Shown here: piece after piece, positions 1 to 11,681 of the stretch
Layout of the letters: the number at the start of each line of letters is the position of its first letter
Numbering within the stretch: position 1 is the first letter of the stretch
NCBI GenBank assembly: GCA_977018835.1
Contig: OZ361259.1
Coordinates: 2,914,001-2,978,000, forward strand
Length of the DNA stretch: 64,000 nucleotides
Direction: 5' to 3'
DNA from: Minutocellus sp. GHC0000111
Lineage: Eukaryota
Notes under the pieces: generated by a model
Told to the model about the DNA's origin: nothing
The model's input: only the letters and a program-made list of their open reading frames with translations
Databases searched by the model: none
Position numbers and translations under genes: made by a program

Positions 1-154
1 CGCGCACCCCCACGGACATAACATCAATATCTACTGCCATACTCCTAGTAACTAGCTAGGGCCTAGCGAGTGTTTCATTCGACGAGAGGAGTGGAGGAAC
101 CAGCGCCGTGCAACAACCAAACAAGGAGGTGCCGACATACCTCGTACATCTGAG

Positions 155-3100
155 ATGGCCGACGCATCCCTCTCGACGCTGGTTTCTTACCCGGCCCTCA
201 TCCCGTACGAGGAGGCGCTGGAGAAGAACCCATACGATGTCAAGGGGTGGACGGGTTATCTGGCCGAGATCGATGAGGCACTGGACGTCTTGGGCGAGAA
301 ATTCGACGACCTGGTGCGGGGTAGAAGCACCGGCAGCGGCGCCGGGAGTAAAAAGAAAGGCAGGAACGCTGCGTCGTCGGTCGAAGTCGGTGGTCGGACC
401 ATTCGTCTGGATGCCGTCGCCGCCGGCAGCGGCGATAGCAGTGGGCCGGTGTATATTCTTACCAGGGAAATCAGGGCGTTGCAAAGTGCGCGGAATCAGG
501 TGTCGGAGAGGGCTCTGAGCCTCCTCCCGGGCTCGTACAAGCTCTGGTGGGATTACCTACAATTTCGCAGCGATGTGCAGTCGGGTGGTACCGTCCGTGG
601 TGGGGATTCCGTCGCCCCGACGGGTGGGCCCAATCCGGACCAAGCACTGGCTTCTTCCGATGCTCATCAGGCCTACCGCGCCACCGTGTCGGCCTACGAG
701 CGCTCCCTCGTCCGGTGCAACAAGTATCCGCGCATATGGCTGTCTTACATTTCCTACGTGATCCGATTCGATCCGACGTGTAACCCAACCAACGTCCGCC
801 GATTATTTGATCGATGCCTCCTTGCATTGCCGGCGACACAGCACCAGAAGGTATGGGATGAGTATTTGTGCTGGGCCACATGTTCGATGCCCCCGTGGTT
901 GGAGAGGAGCAACGTGGGGAGGGATATGCTTGGCCCAGTCTGCTCTCTGCTCAAGAAGGGCAAACTTTACGATGCTGCCGGCAGCGATCACGATGACGTC
1001 CATGACAAAGCAATACCTCCTGAAACTATTCTGCGCATCGTTCGACGATATGTTCGCTCCTTCGATCCCTCGGCGAGGGAGCTGCTCGCCGACCTATGTC
1101 TTCAGCACGAGCGCTGGGGGGAGGGTGCCGTTACGCTGGTTTCCATCCTCAACGATGCGGGGTACTTGAGTCCTCGGGGAACGACGCGGCACGAGATGTG
1201 GCTTCGCTTTGCTGAGGTGGCTACCGAACATCCTCTCGAGGTACGAAGGGCGGGAGTGGACTTCAACTCCATCGTCAGAGCGGCCATAGGGGGGTCAGCT
1301 AGTGGTGCCACCGCCGCGGATGGGTGGGAGGTGTTTGATCATTTGCCCTCCAAAGAGGAGCCCGGTGGTGGCGTCGCAGCTCAGTCGTCGAAAGACGGTG
1401 CCGAGAATGGAGCTGATGCGTCCTCCAATGCCGATGGCAGTGGTGGTGGGGCCACGCGCAGTACCACAAGCCCGTCGAATCTTGCCAATCTAGGGGAATT
1501 GGAAGGAACGTTATGGACCAAGCTCGCCAACTATCACATCAATTCCGGTGAGTTTGAGCTGGCAAGAAGTATTTATGAGGAAGCAATGGAATCGGTATCC
1601 AGAGTGCGAGACTTCAGTCTCATCTTTGACGAGTATATGAAATTTGAGGAGGGCGTCGTTGAGGCGATGATGGAGCTCATGGAGGAGGAAGGGGAGGGTG
1701 GTGAGGACGGAGGGGGTTCGAATGCGGATTGCGAAGAAGGCTCTAATTCCTTGGAAACAGATGGAGGCGGCTTCGATGAAGACTATGACATTCTCCTTGG
1801 TGATTCCTATGCAAAGAATCGTCCAAGACCACTCGTTGACGACGTCGACGATGACGATTCACCCGCTTCGGCCGATATCGAATTGGCTCTGGCCAGAGCG
1901 GAGAATCTAACGTCTCGAAGACCGATATTGCTCAATCGCGTCCTTTTGAGACAAAATCCTCACAATGTTGGCGAATGGACCAAACGATCGACGCTCTATC
2001 TAAAACTTGGGCAAACTAGACAAGCTATTGGTGCTTTGGAGGAGGCATTTCGGTCTGTCAAGGCTGGCCGATCTGTGAATGGTGCTCCATCTATGTTATG
2101 GACCAGTCTCGCAACCATTTACGAGGAGAAGGAAAAGGATGTAGCCGCAGCAAGAAGGATATATGAAAGAGCATGCCGCGATGGAGAGTATGCCTTCAGA
2201 GATACTGATGATCTGGCTCAATTATGGGCCGGGTGGGTCGAGTTTGAGCTCCGTCACGAAAATTGGGACAGTGCCTTGTCTGTAGCACGACAGTCTGTGT
2301 CGAACCCTGAACCGGAGAGGCAGAATCGAGTCACTCGTGGCCTTGGCCGAAGTTTGCGCCTTTGGGGCTTACTCCTGGATCTCGAGGAAAGTTTGGGTAC
2401 TATTCAGACGACCAAGGATGCGTACAACAGAGTCATCGAGACCAAGGTTGCCACGCCATCGCACATTCTGAATTTTGCAAGCTTTCTCACAGAGCACAAG
2501 TACTTTGAGGAGAGCTTCAACGCGTACGAGCGTGGCGTAGAGCTCTTTCCCTTTCCCCACCCCGGTGCAAAGTTGGTCTGGAAGACTTATTTGGACTCAT
2601 TCTTGAAGCGCTACGAGGGAACAAAGATTCCAAGAACGAGAGAATTATTTGACCGTTGTCTTGAGAATTGTCCTCCGGATCAAGCCTCGGATTTTTCCCT
2701 CTCTTATGGCTCCTTTGAAGAGCAATACGGCTTGACAAAGCGTGCTCTTGCTGTCTATGAAAAGATGTGTACAACATTGCCGGCGGAGGAGAAGTTCAGT
2801 GCGTATCAGCTCTTTGTTGCCAAAACTGTCAAGTACCTCGGAGTTACCGCCACCCGGCCTCTCTATGAGCGTGCCATTGCTGCCCTCGAAGACGAACCGG
2901 CCGCAAAGATGTGTCTTGAATTTGCCAACATGGAAACGTCTCTTGGTGAGATTGAGAGGGCTAGAACCGCGCTGACTTACGGTGCACAGCTGGCCGATCC
3001 AATACGCTTTCCCGAGTACTGGTCCAAGTGGCATGATTTCGAGGTTCAGAATGGCAACGAAGAAACATTCCGGGAAATGTTGCGCATTAAGAGGAGTGTC

Positions 3101-3496
3101 CAGGCGGCATTCTCGACGGTCAATTACAATGCTGCCGAGATGGGTGCCGGTGCTCCCAAGGCGGAGCCACTATCGGACGATAAGGCTCTGGCAGAAATTG
3201 CAGCGCGAGAGGGTGTAAAAATGAATGAACAGCCTCGTATCGGTGGATTTATCCAAGGGAAGCGAACCCAAGAGATGAAGGACTTGGAAGAGGTGGAGAG
3301 AAGGGCAGCCAAAATTGCCCGAAGAATCGAGGGCAATACTGGCGCTGTCGTTGAAAGTGGTCGAGATGATGATATTGATCTCGACGACGACGACGACGAC
3401 GATAGTGAGAATGACGCTGGCCAAGCAGCAGTAGGCAATGTGGAGACGAAGGCTATCCCGGCGGCCGTATATGGTGGACTTGCCGTGGACAAATAA
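155..3496 (+). CDS. SYF1: Pre-mRNA splicing factor SYF1/XAB2 (HAT/TPR repeats, NTC/Prp19-associated)
   Basis: Intronless 1113-aa ORF with hallmark SYF1 segments: YEEALEKNPYDVKGW, ERALSLLPGSYKLW, RRPILLNRVLLRQNPHNVGEW, EHKYFEESFNAYERGVELF, WHDFEVQNGNEETFREMLRIKRSVQA. Confidence 0.96.
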   Translation: MADASLSTLVSYPALIPYEEALEKNPYDVKGWTGYLAEIDEALDVLGEKFDDLVRGRSTGSGAGSKKKGRNAASSVEVGGRTIRLDAVAAGSGDSSGPVYILTREIRALQSARNQVSERALSLLPGSYKLWWDYLQFRSDVQSGGTVRGGDSVAPTGGPNPDQALASSDAHQAYRATVSAYERSLVRCNKYPRIWLSYISYVIRFDPTCNPTNVRRLFDRCLLALPATQHQKVWDEYLCWATCSMPPWLERSNVGRDMLGPVCSLLKKGKLYDAAGSDHDDVHDKAIPPETILRIVRRYVRSFDPSARELLADLCLQHERWGEGAVTLVSILNDAGYLSPRGTTRHEMWLRFAEVATEHPLEVRRAGVDFNSIVRAAIGGSASGATAADGWEVFDHLPSKEEPGGGVAAQSSKDGAENGADASSNADGSGGGATRSTTSPSNLANLGELEGTLWTKLANYHINSGEFELARSIYEEAMESVSRVRDFSLIFDEYMKFEEGVVEAMMELMEEEGEGGEDGGGSNADCEEGSNSLETDGGGFDEDYDILLGDSYAKNRPRPLVDDVDDDDSPASADIELALARAENLTSRRPILLNRVLLRQNPHNVGEWTKRSTLYLKLGQTRQAIGALEEAFRSVKAGRSVNGAPSMLWTSLATIYEEKEKDVAAARRIYERACRDGEYAFRDTDDLAQLWAGWVEFELRHENWDSALSVARQSVSNPEPERQNRVTRGLGRSLRLWGLLLDLEESLGTIQTTKDAYNRVIETKVATPSHILNFASFLTEHKYFEESFNAYERGVELFPFPHPGAKLVWKTYLDSFLKRYEGTKIPRTRELFDRCLENCPPDQASDFSLSYGSFEEQYGLTKRALAVYEKMCTTLPAEEKFSAYQLFVAKTVKYLGVTATRPLYERAIAALEDEPAAKMCLEFANMETSLGEIERARTALTYGAQLADPIRFPEYWSKWHDFEVQNGNEETFREMLRIKRSVQAAFSTVNYNAAEMGAGAPKAEPLSDDKALAEIAAREGVKMNEQPRIGGFIQGKRTQEMKDLEEVERRAAKIARRIEGNTGAVVESGRDDDIDLDDDDDDDSENDAGQAAVGNVETKAIPAAVYGGLAVDK

Positions 3497-3659
3497 TTAG
3501 ACCCCCTTCCAACGACACGCACCTCTTGTAGTTTCCCATAGGCAGAAGTCTAACATCTAAAGATTTCGGCTTTCTTACAATATCTTACCTAGATATATCT
3601 GTACCTTCTAGACTACCTCCTTACCTTCTCGACTGTGCGAGTGATGGCTACGTGACTAG

Positions 3660-6600
3660 CTAGTCTGTGGAATGATTGGTGAAATAATCGTGCTCCAAAA
3701 TCTCCGCAAAGGTCTGGGCCCGCTTCATCTGTGATGGCTGGAGAATCATAGCGGCAAGATCGGCCGCTTCCTTGCCTCCGATTGCTTCTATCTCCTCCTT
3801 TATGCTCTGATATTATGATGATGAAAGAAGATGAATAAGTTCGAAAGCAATTGTCGAAAGTACCGAGAGAGGGTCAGATTTTAAGCAAACTTAAAAAGGA
3901 TAGACAAAATAAATTCAAACAAACTTCATTCTCACCTTGAGATGATCGTAGTTGAAGCTGTAGACCTTAGCCATGTACTCATTGGCTGTTTCATACGTTG
4001 TGGGGAGCAGCGAGTTGGAAGCTAGGTAACTCTGGACAAAAATCAATCCGAAGGCAAAAATATCAAACGTGGGGCTAGCAGAAATATCTGACCCAATTCG
4101 GTAATTCCACTCCTGTGACAGTTTTTGTGCTTGGAGCACCGAGGGCTGGTTGTGCTGTGCGCTCGAATCAGCGACATCAGCACTCATAGATTTCTGAAGT
4201 CCAAGATCTCTAAGGCTGAACAATACACCCCATTTCCTTCCCATCTGACGTCTGGAGGCTAGGAACTTGGCGGGGTTACCTTCAGAAACAGCGACACCAG
4301 GCTCGCTTGCATCACGTCGGCGAGATTCGATTGGATCGATGGGTTTGAACCTTTCAACGGCCTCGGGCGGAACATAACCCGTAACACTGTCATCGATAGC
4401 GGTGAAAATAGGCGTTGAACCCCCTATTGACATCACCTTCCAACCATCCTCAAAGAGACCAATCTTCTCCGGCGAGAGGTTTGAATGAACGAGGCCCTTC
4501 TCATTCAAGTGCTTAAGACACAAAGCAATCTGCATGAAGACCTGACGGCGCCGTTGGTTATTCTTCTCGGCTTTGGCTTCGCTGCAGGATTCTTCATTTG
4601 CTTGGCGGATTTCAGTAAGAAGTTCTCGGAGGGTGCCCTTGTATTTTTCGAAGACTACAGGAAAGGGCGTTGGGGCCAGGTGATGATTTGATGGGAGGTG
4701 TAGGACCAGCCTCTCAGCGTACACGTCAGATACACGATGACCTCGTCGAACAAAGAGCTCGTCAACGACTTTCTTTTCGTTCGAATAGCAGCGAATGGTC
4801 ACATCTGAGGGGTTCGAGAGCTGTGATTTGATTTTGCAGCAACAGAGGAAGCAAATAATGAGAAAATGATCGGCACTATGAGAAGTCTCGGCAAATCTTT
4901 GATTGCCTGATATATCAGCTTGCTCAATCACTTACCTTGTCCCCATTGTAATTCTTTGGCGGGGCCATGTCAATGGCAGCAAGGGTATTATAGTTTCCGT
5001 CAATGGAGAGGGGCTTGATACAATCTAGTTTGATACGAAATCTGCCACCAATACAAAGAGCGACATCAAACGACTTCTTCGTCGACTCGGAACAGGAATC
5101 ATATGCGAGGCGACCAAAGAAGGACGGAGACTGAGCAAGTGCAATGCGCTGCCAGAAATTCGATTTTTGTAGAACCGCATTGACGACATTGCCATACCTC
5201 TCTTGACAATTCGCTAGGACGTGATGCCAGGAATAATTGTGCTTTTTCGCCGATATGCCTTTCTTGTCTGGCCCGAGGATAGCGATCGGTAGGTCTTGGA
5301 CAAGGATGGAATAGATTACCTCATCGGAGAGACTCCGACGCGTTGCGACAACAATTGGTAAGTCTCCACGGGGCAAGGGGACGGCGGCAGCATCTGGACT
5401 AGCCTCAAGAATGCAGAGAAGAGTGCTTGTGTCGATATGCGATTGAAGGAGAGCCGTGTGGAACGGAAGATTCGTAATAATACTACTAGGTCTAGTAGCA
5501 TCATCAATGCCATCTGGACGGAATAATTCAGGAATCTCGCGACAAAACATGGGTACAATTTTGATGAATCGCCCTTGTTTTCAATGGCTAGACATAGAGG
5601 CGTTTTGCCATCTTTATCGACGGTTGACGGAAGATCCCCAATCGCCTTATGATGCAAAAGTAAATTACGGACGACCTCAGTAGATGGACGCGTTGAACGA
5701 CACGCAGAATGGAGAGGAATCCGTCCCTTCCGATTGGGTGCTGTCAGCATCTTTTGGTTTGCATTGAGAAGGATGAGTCTAGAATCCTCGCTTCTTGCAC
5801 TCGCTGCATAGTGCAGAGGACTGTCGCCGTTGATATTCGAGATGGACGTGCTATTGACGTGATAATCCGTAAACAGTTTCACAAGACCTGGGCGCTTGCA
5901 TTGCTTGGCTGCGAAGTGCAGTGGCGTGCTTTTGGTATCATCGAGACAGCCTGCAAGGTCAGGCCAAATGGATAAGATTTGAAGAACAATACGGTCTGGT
6001 ACTTCGTTGGAAGCAGCAAGGGCATGGAGTAAAGTCCCACCGCCAATTGCACTGGAGTGAAGAGAGAGGATGTGAGGGTTGGCTTTCACCAAATCCAAAA
6101 GAATTTGCCAGCTTTTGTCTTTGATTGCCTCCAAAGCGGAAGAGTGTGCAATGGAGAGAGTAGAAGAAGCTTTGTTCATCATCTTCGTTGCATGATCCGG
6201 CGCAGCGGAGCATCGACCTTTCTCACAGTGCTTCAGAACATGTAGCTTCTCCGCATTAGTATTGCCGGCGATCTTGTTGCGAAGAAGAGACGTCCATCGG
6301 CGGCCCTTGTGAATTGAGCACCCGGCTCCCTCCTGGACGAATGTAATGGCACTGGTATTAGAATCATGACTCGCTGTTGTATGAATAGATGCCTCTCCAT
6401 CGCTCTGAATCACTGGACCATGACTCTTTCCACTTTTTATGAGAAGGGCCTCTGTCTTACATGTAGTAATCTCCTTCTCGTCATCGTCGCTGGCGGCAGC
6501 CTTAAAGGTGTCAATCGTAGTAGCAACTTCCACCAACCGCGCAGAAGCTGAAGCCGCGTTGGGAATATCATCGTCCTCAACTTCACTCTCATCGTCAATG

Positions 6601-7187
6601 TCACCATCCTCCCAAAACATTCCCCGATCGAGGTCGCGCGCTCGTGTGTCCAGAAGGGCACAGCAATCTACCGAAGATGTGAATGACAGATCCGAATCAA
6701 CCGACGCATCATCTAGGGGTTCACTGCCCTTGTTGTCAATGATCTTGCTACTGCCCTCGGTTCGATGCGTTGCCTCGTTGTCGGCACCGCCGACAGTCCA
6801 AAGAGACTTGAGATCTGGAAGCTCCCGACCTTCAAATCCTTGGCAGTTTCCGACAGCAAGAACCTTTGCAGTAATATTCTCAATTCGCCCTCCAATGTTG
6901 GGCATATCGGCCACCGTGATGTCGGGAAATTTGATTGCAGCAGTGGTCAAACTGGAAGGTAGAACCGTGGGAGCTTCGCTACAATTACGTTTATCTTCAG
7001 CATCCCCTCGATTCTCCAATACTTTCTCCGAGCTCTTCAGATGTCCACATTGAGTATTGAGAGATTCTGACATTGCCGGACTTAATTCACCGGGCTGACC
7101 AAAAATTGTTCTAGCACACTTCTCCAGACCTCCCCCGACCACGTCGAGAAGGTCGTATCCTGGCTCGGGATCTTTTGCCTCGGACAT
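3660..7187 (-). CDS. Ankyrin-repeat / protein-kinase-like (pseudokinase) protein, 3 exons: 7187-4936 (1-nt frameshift near 5555), 4820-3936, 3806-3660
   Basis: Ankyrin motifs TLLHALAA, TPLHFAAK, SPLHYAAS, IPLHSAC, TPLCLAI. GT-AG introns 4935-4821 (AAG|gtaagt...cacag|) and 3935-3807 (AAG|gtgaga...atcag|) join the frames. Kinase-like C-terminal half includes LVHSNLSPEKIG, TGYVPPE, DIFAFG and ADLAAMILQP..KR....ILEHDYF. The frameshift sits in an A-run (tcaaaattg). Confidence 0.8.
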
Positions 7188-7811
7188 TCTGATACGGTAG
7201 CTCAATTTGAATCTGACTTTGGAATGTTAGCTAGCTAGGAATCCATGTTGTGATTGGCTTGGAATTACTTCTCTGTCGCTTTTATTCACCACCGGAACAT
7301 GCGCCTCAATCGATTCCAATCACTCGGCTTTCTCGTCAAAAGAATGCAACTCTACGCACGCTCTATCTACTTCAGGAAGCTTCGCCGTCGTGAACTATGA
7401 TGCGTATCGACAGATCCTTGGGCGCCAGCCCATGCCTCCCCATCCCGATCCCGCAACTCCTTTGGGCAGCATGCCACCACGCCATATCGCCACACAAGCA
7501 CTTATTTGATGCCAGGAAGCTTCGCCTCTAAACTAATGATCGCATGCACTCCCCAATGAAATAAAAAATCGACAAATTATTAAAATGTACCAAACCAAGG
7601 GTGAGCTTCAATGCGTCTGTCCGGCTACATCGCATCGCATCAGGAGATGACCGCACCGACCCGACCGACCCACCCAGCCATTATTGCATCAGGAGATGAC
7701 ATGCATGGCGTTTGGTACGCCGTTGTTTTGTCTTCTGCTACACCCAACACGACCAACCACCCGTATCCGTAGCAGTTGATTCACAGTGATAATCATTTGG
7801 CGGTTATTATT

Positions 7812-9878
7812 ATGTCGGATGACACCACAATCAATAACCGGCTGATGTCCGAACTGGATTTCGCCCGCACTCAGCTTGCAATATTCTTCGTCGTGCTGCT
7901 TCTGGCCGTCGACGCCATCAATCCTGTCAAAATCGTCCTCCATGTGTTCCCGCAGATTGCACCGTGGCACATTGCCATACTCTGCGTCGGTTTGATGCTG
8001 TATGTATTCGTCTCCGAGATGAAAGACCTGCTGTATTTCGCGGTCAAGATGTTTTTCCATTCCATACTGTCCATATTTTTTAAAATCGTCGAAGTTGTAG
8101 GTCTTGGCAATATCCCCAATTACGGTCCGGTTATTTTTGCCTCCAACCACGCCAATCAATTTGTTGACGGAGTTTCAATCATGGCGACGATATCGCGAAA
8201 GATATCGTACTTAGTGGCCGAAAAGAGTTGGAATCGGCGGATCATTGGTGATTTGGCCTGGGCTATGGGTGCCGTTCCCGTGAAGCGTGCTCAGGATTCG
8301 GCGAGGAGGGGCACCGGAACCGTCCGCCTTGTCCGAGATGATTCCAAGGGCGATGTCCACAAGGACAGTGCTGCCGATACCAGCACCGCCAGCACCACCA
8401 TCAAGGTCATCGGCAATGAAACCAAATTTTCTGACGAAATCAAACCGAAAGATAAGATCCGTCTGCCGAATACTTCTGCCGGGTTCAAAGTGGTGCGGAT
8501 AGTGAGCGACACCTCTATGGTCCTGGAGGACGATACTGACGTGACCGCTCTGCCAACTGAGCCAGTCAACTTTGATATTTTGGGACACATCGACCAAAAG
8601 GTAGTGTATGCAAAGGTATTAGACAAGCTGGCCAGCGGAGGAACGATCGGTATCTTCCCCGAAGGTGGCTCTCACGACCGTACAGATCTGCTACCGCTCA
8701 AGGTTGGTGTCGCGTTGATTGCCTACTCGGCCTTGGAAAAGGACGGGATTAATATCCCAATCATTCCTGTCGGATTGAACTATTTCCGAGGCCATCGATT
8801 CCGCGGCCGTCTCATCGTGGAGTACGGGCGGCCCACGTACATCGATCCGTCAACCTTGAGTGCGTTCAAGGCTGGCGGTGCTGAGAAGCGGCGAGTCTGT
8901 AACGAGCTATTGGATCGAATCGCCGATGCCATGCGAGGGGTTATTGTCTCTACTCCCGACTACGAAACGCTCTTGCTTATCCACACCGCTCGACGTTTGT
9001 TCCAATCGAAGGAGACCACTGCATCAAAGAAGCAAGATTTGAGCAAAAGGTTTGCCGAGGCCTACAAAAGATTGCTACTAATGACACAGGGCAGCCCACC
9101 GAAGGAGTGGCTGCAGCTTCAGGAGCGCATTTTGGCATATTCGCGCGAATTGTCAGACCTTGGCATCAAAGATTATCAAGTCCGGGGCCTTGATAGGCAG
9201 CATAAGAAAATGGAGTATGACGGCGATGCGGTCATTCGGGAGACGCGACTGACTTACCACATTTTTCATCTGATATTTGTTCTGCTCATTGCTGCTGTTC
9301 CCGCCATTGCATTGAATCTCCCGGTAGGACTTGTTGCCAGATTGTGGGCCAATCAGCGAAGGAAGAAAGCTCTGGCAGCAAGCAAAGTGAAAATCCACGC
9401 ACGCGATGTAATGCTTTCGGAGAAGATTGTACTATGCATCGTTCTTGTACCATCCCTGTGGTGTTTCTATGGGTTGGCCATGTATTTCTTCACAGACATG
9501 GATGGACCGACGCTGGCCCTTGCGATAATGTCGCTTCCGCTATTTTCGTACATTGGGGTTGTCACTGCCGAGGCTGGTGTCGTCGACCTGATGGATATCA
9601 AACCTTATTTGATGCGATTGTTCCCCAGCGCAAGACGAAGAATGTCGGCCCTTCCAGACACACGGAAACAGCTCCAGGCTGACTTGAGAAAGTTTGTGAA
9701 AGAAATTGGCCCAAAGCTGGGTGAAATATACTACGAAAAGGATATCAATTGGGAACAAATTCAAGCCGATACTAGGAAACTCGGCCAACTACCACCTGTG
9801 CCCCCAAGCCCTGCAAGGCCGACAGGAGGGGCTGGGGGTGATGATGTTGATGACAAGAAGAAGAAGAAGGATGTGTAG
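7812..9878 (+). CDS. Membrane-bound glycerol-3-phosphate/DHAP O-acyltransferase (fungal GPT2/SCT1-like)
   Basis: PlsC-family motifs SNHANQFVDG (HxxxxD), GAVPVKRAQD, IFPEGGSHDRTDLLPLKVG, IIPVGLNY. N- and C-terminal TM segments. First in-frame ATG at 7812. Confidence 0.92.
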   Translation: MSDDTTINNRLMSELDFARTQLAIFFVVLLLAVDAINPVKIVLHVFPQIAPWHIAILCVGLMLYVFVSEMKDLLYFAVKMFFHSILSIFFKIVEVVGLGNIPNYGPVIFASNHANQFVDGVSIMATISRKISYLVAEKSWNRRIIGDLAWAMGAVPVKRAQDSARRGTGTVRLVRDDSKGDVHKDSAADTSTASTTIKVIGNETKFSDEIKPKDKIRLPNTSAGFKVVRIVSDTSMVLEDDTDVTALPTEPVNFDILGHIDQKVVYAKVLDKLASGGTIGIFPEGGSHDRTDLLPLKVGVALIAYSALEKDGINIPIIPVGLNYFRGHRFRGRLIVEYGRPTYIDPSTLSAFKAGGAEKRRVCNELLDRIADAMRGVIVSTPDYETLLLIHTARRLFQSKETTASKKQDLSKRFAEAYKRLLLMTQGSPPKEWLQLQERILAYSRELSDLGIKDYQVRGLDRQHKKMEYDGDAVIRETRLTYHIFHLIFVLLIAAVPAIALNLPVGLVARLWANQRRKKALAASKVKIHARDVMLSEKIVLCIVLVPSLWCFYGLAMYFFTDMDGPTLALAIMSLPLFSYIGVVTAEAGVVDLMDIKPYLMRLFPSARRRMSALPDTRKQLQADLRKFVKEIGPKLGEIYYEKDINWEQIQADTRKLGQLPPVPPSPARPTGGAGGDDVDDKKKKKDV

Positions 9879-11217
9879 ATCTAGAGTGGTCTAGACTAGT
9901 TATTGTGTGTATGTACGCCTCTCCAGCTAGAACTTATAATTGCTGCATATAAAGATCTATCTACCCAGTGACTACGGTAATTTAGAGAGATCCTGCTGCG
10001 CTCCGGTAGATAGTAACCAGTCTAGTCTAGCTAGTATTTATTGCGCCTCCCTGCACCTATATCCCAGTACCGGATTTCTTGCCAATACCGGCATGACATT
10101 CATTTCCATCGCAAAAACCTCAAGCCATCATGCGGATAGTAGCTAGATCCCTAGCTAGATCCACAAATAGCCAAAAATGGAACAGCAATCCATTCAACAG
10201 CCAAAGAGCAGCCCAAGAGCACCCACCGCCGCGGCAGCAGCAAAGACGACAAGCCAATTTTTAACTAACTGACCCCAAAAGGCAAAAATCGACTCAAATA
10301 CCAACTAAAGGACGGAAAGAGCAAAAAGAACAACACAAAGGATTCTAGGAATTCTCATCGATATACAGCAATGGGATCTGAAGACCAGCAGGAGATTATT
10401 ATTGATAAAATAATTAATTATCGACGGTAATGTCAGGGGCCCTGCCTGGAAAGTAATATGCTTGAAAATACTGGCAACAACACATATGTACAAGTACACA
10501 GAGCTACTGGTACATATATTTTATTTTCAAATCTTTTGTCAGATTGAACAACGCACCTCGCTACCATGATGCCGGTACATGTAATCCTTACACCTTTATC
10601 GTCGAGCGATTGCTGGTGCCACTGCCCGCGGTCTCTCTTTACACAAGAGATCACGACTGCACTTTGTTCGAGGCTCGAGAGGAGAGGCTGCTAGGGTCGC
10701 TGAGGAGGCAAAGAATCATTTTGAGACTGGTAGATGCTCTGATAGTGACGGATTCTCGGCTCGTCATTCGAGTCGAGAATATGGTTACTACGAACAGTTT
10801 AGAGGTTTCAGGAGTGGACCTGAACGACGCTATGAGTAGATCTAATTATTTGCGGTGGGCTTTGTTTGTTTGGTGGTTCTACTTTCTTCACCTCTCATCG
10901 CCTGATTATGTCGATCCTAGAAACGTTTACGTAGAAAATTGTCATACATGTAATCACACGACACATGTACCGGTACCGTACTCTACTAGAGTATGGTCAG
11001 CACAACGATAATCTACATGTAAAATGCATGAATGTTGACAATACATGTAATAATAATAATAATAACACACTCTCCTGGCACATCAGACCAAAAGCAAGGT
11101 GCAGGGACGATCCAGGGGGACATTGGGACTTCCAAAAGCGGGAAAAACAAAAGAACAACACTCAGGATTCCAACGTGGTCCCCCACCGTAGTACTAACTG
11201 AGCCCGAAGATGCTTAA

Positions 11218-11234
11218 GAGGGCGCTGTCCATAA
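11218..11234 (+). repeat. Left terminal inverted repeat of the Kolobok element (preceded by TTAA)
   Basis: Exact reverse complement of 15436-15452. Confidence 0.95.
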
Positions 11235-11681
11235 CTTTTAGGAAGCCCCCAAAATGCGTGTTTTGTGCCGTTTTTTCTTCGCACCATCGCCAAAGTTAGC
11301 ACTCCAACGTGACAATGGGCTCCTCATCGAAGGCCGCCGCTCTCCACAGTGGCGAAGAGTCATCGACGTTCCTTTCAGCATTAAGTCGGAAATCCCTCCA
11401 GGAACACTTGGTTCAGAGGAACTTCGATGAATCAACTCTCCCTCAGAAATGTAACAGTCGACGCACACGTCTCGTCGGATCGACCGAAATTAGTCTCGGC
11501 CGACGCACAGCCAGCATTGGTGGTGCTGGTGGGAAGATATCTTGAAGTTTTGCTGTTGGGAGGTAAGGGGATATTTGTTTGGGGTATTTTTGCACGTCTC
11601 CCTCATTTGGGGTTCTTTTTGTAAGGTTCTCATCGAAAAGCGCATCTTGCGCCAGAACCGACACAAAACAAAAAAACAACC

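Noticed and set aside
10544..11011. 155-aa ORF left of the transposon
   Set aside because: Non-ATG start, no motifs, and it lies in palindrome-rich intergenic DNA.
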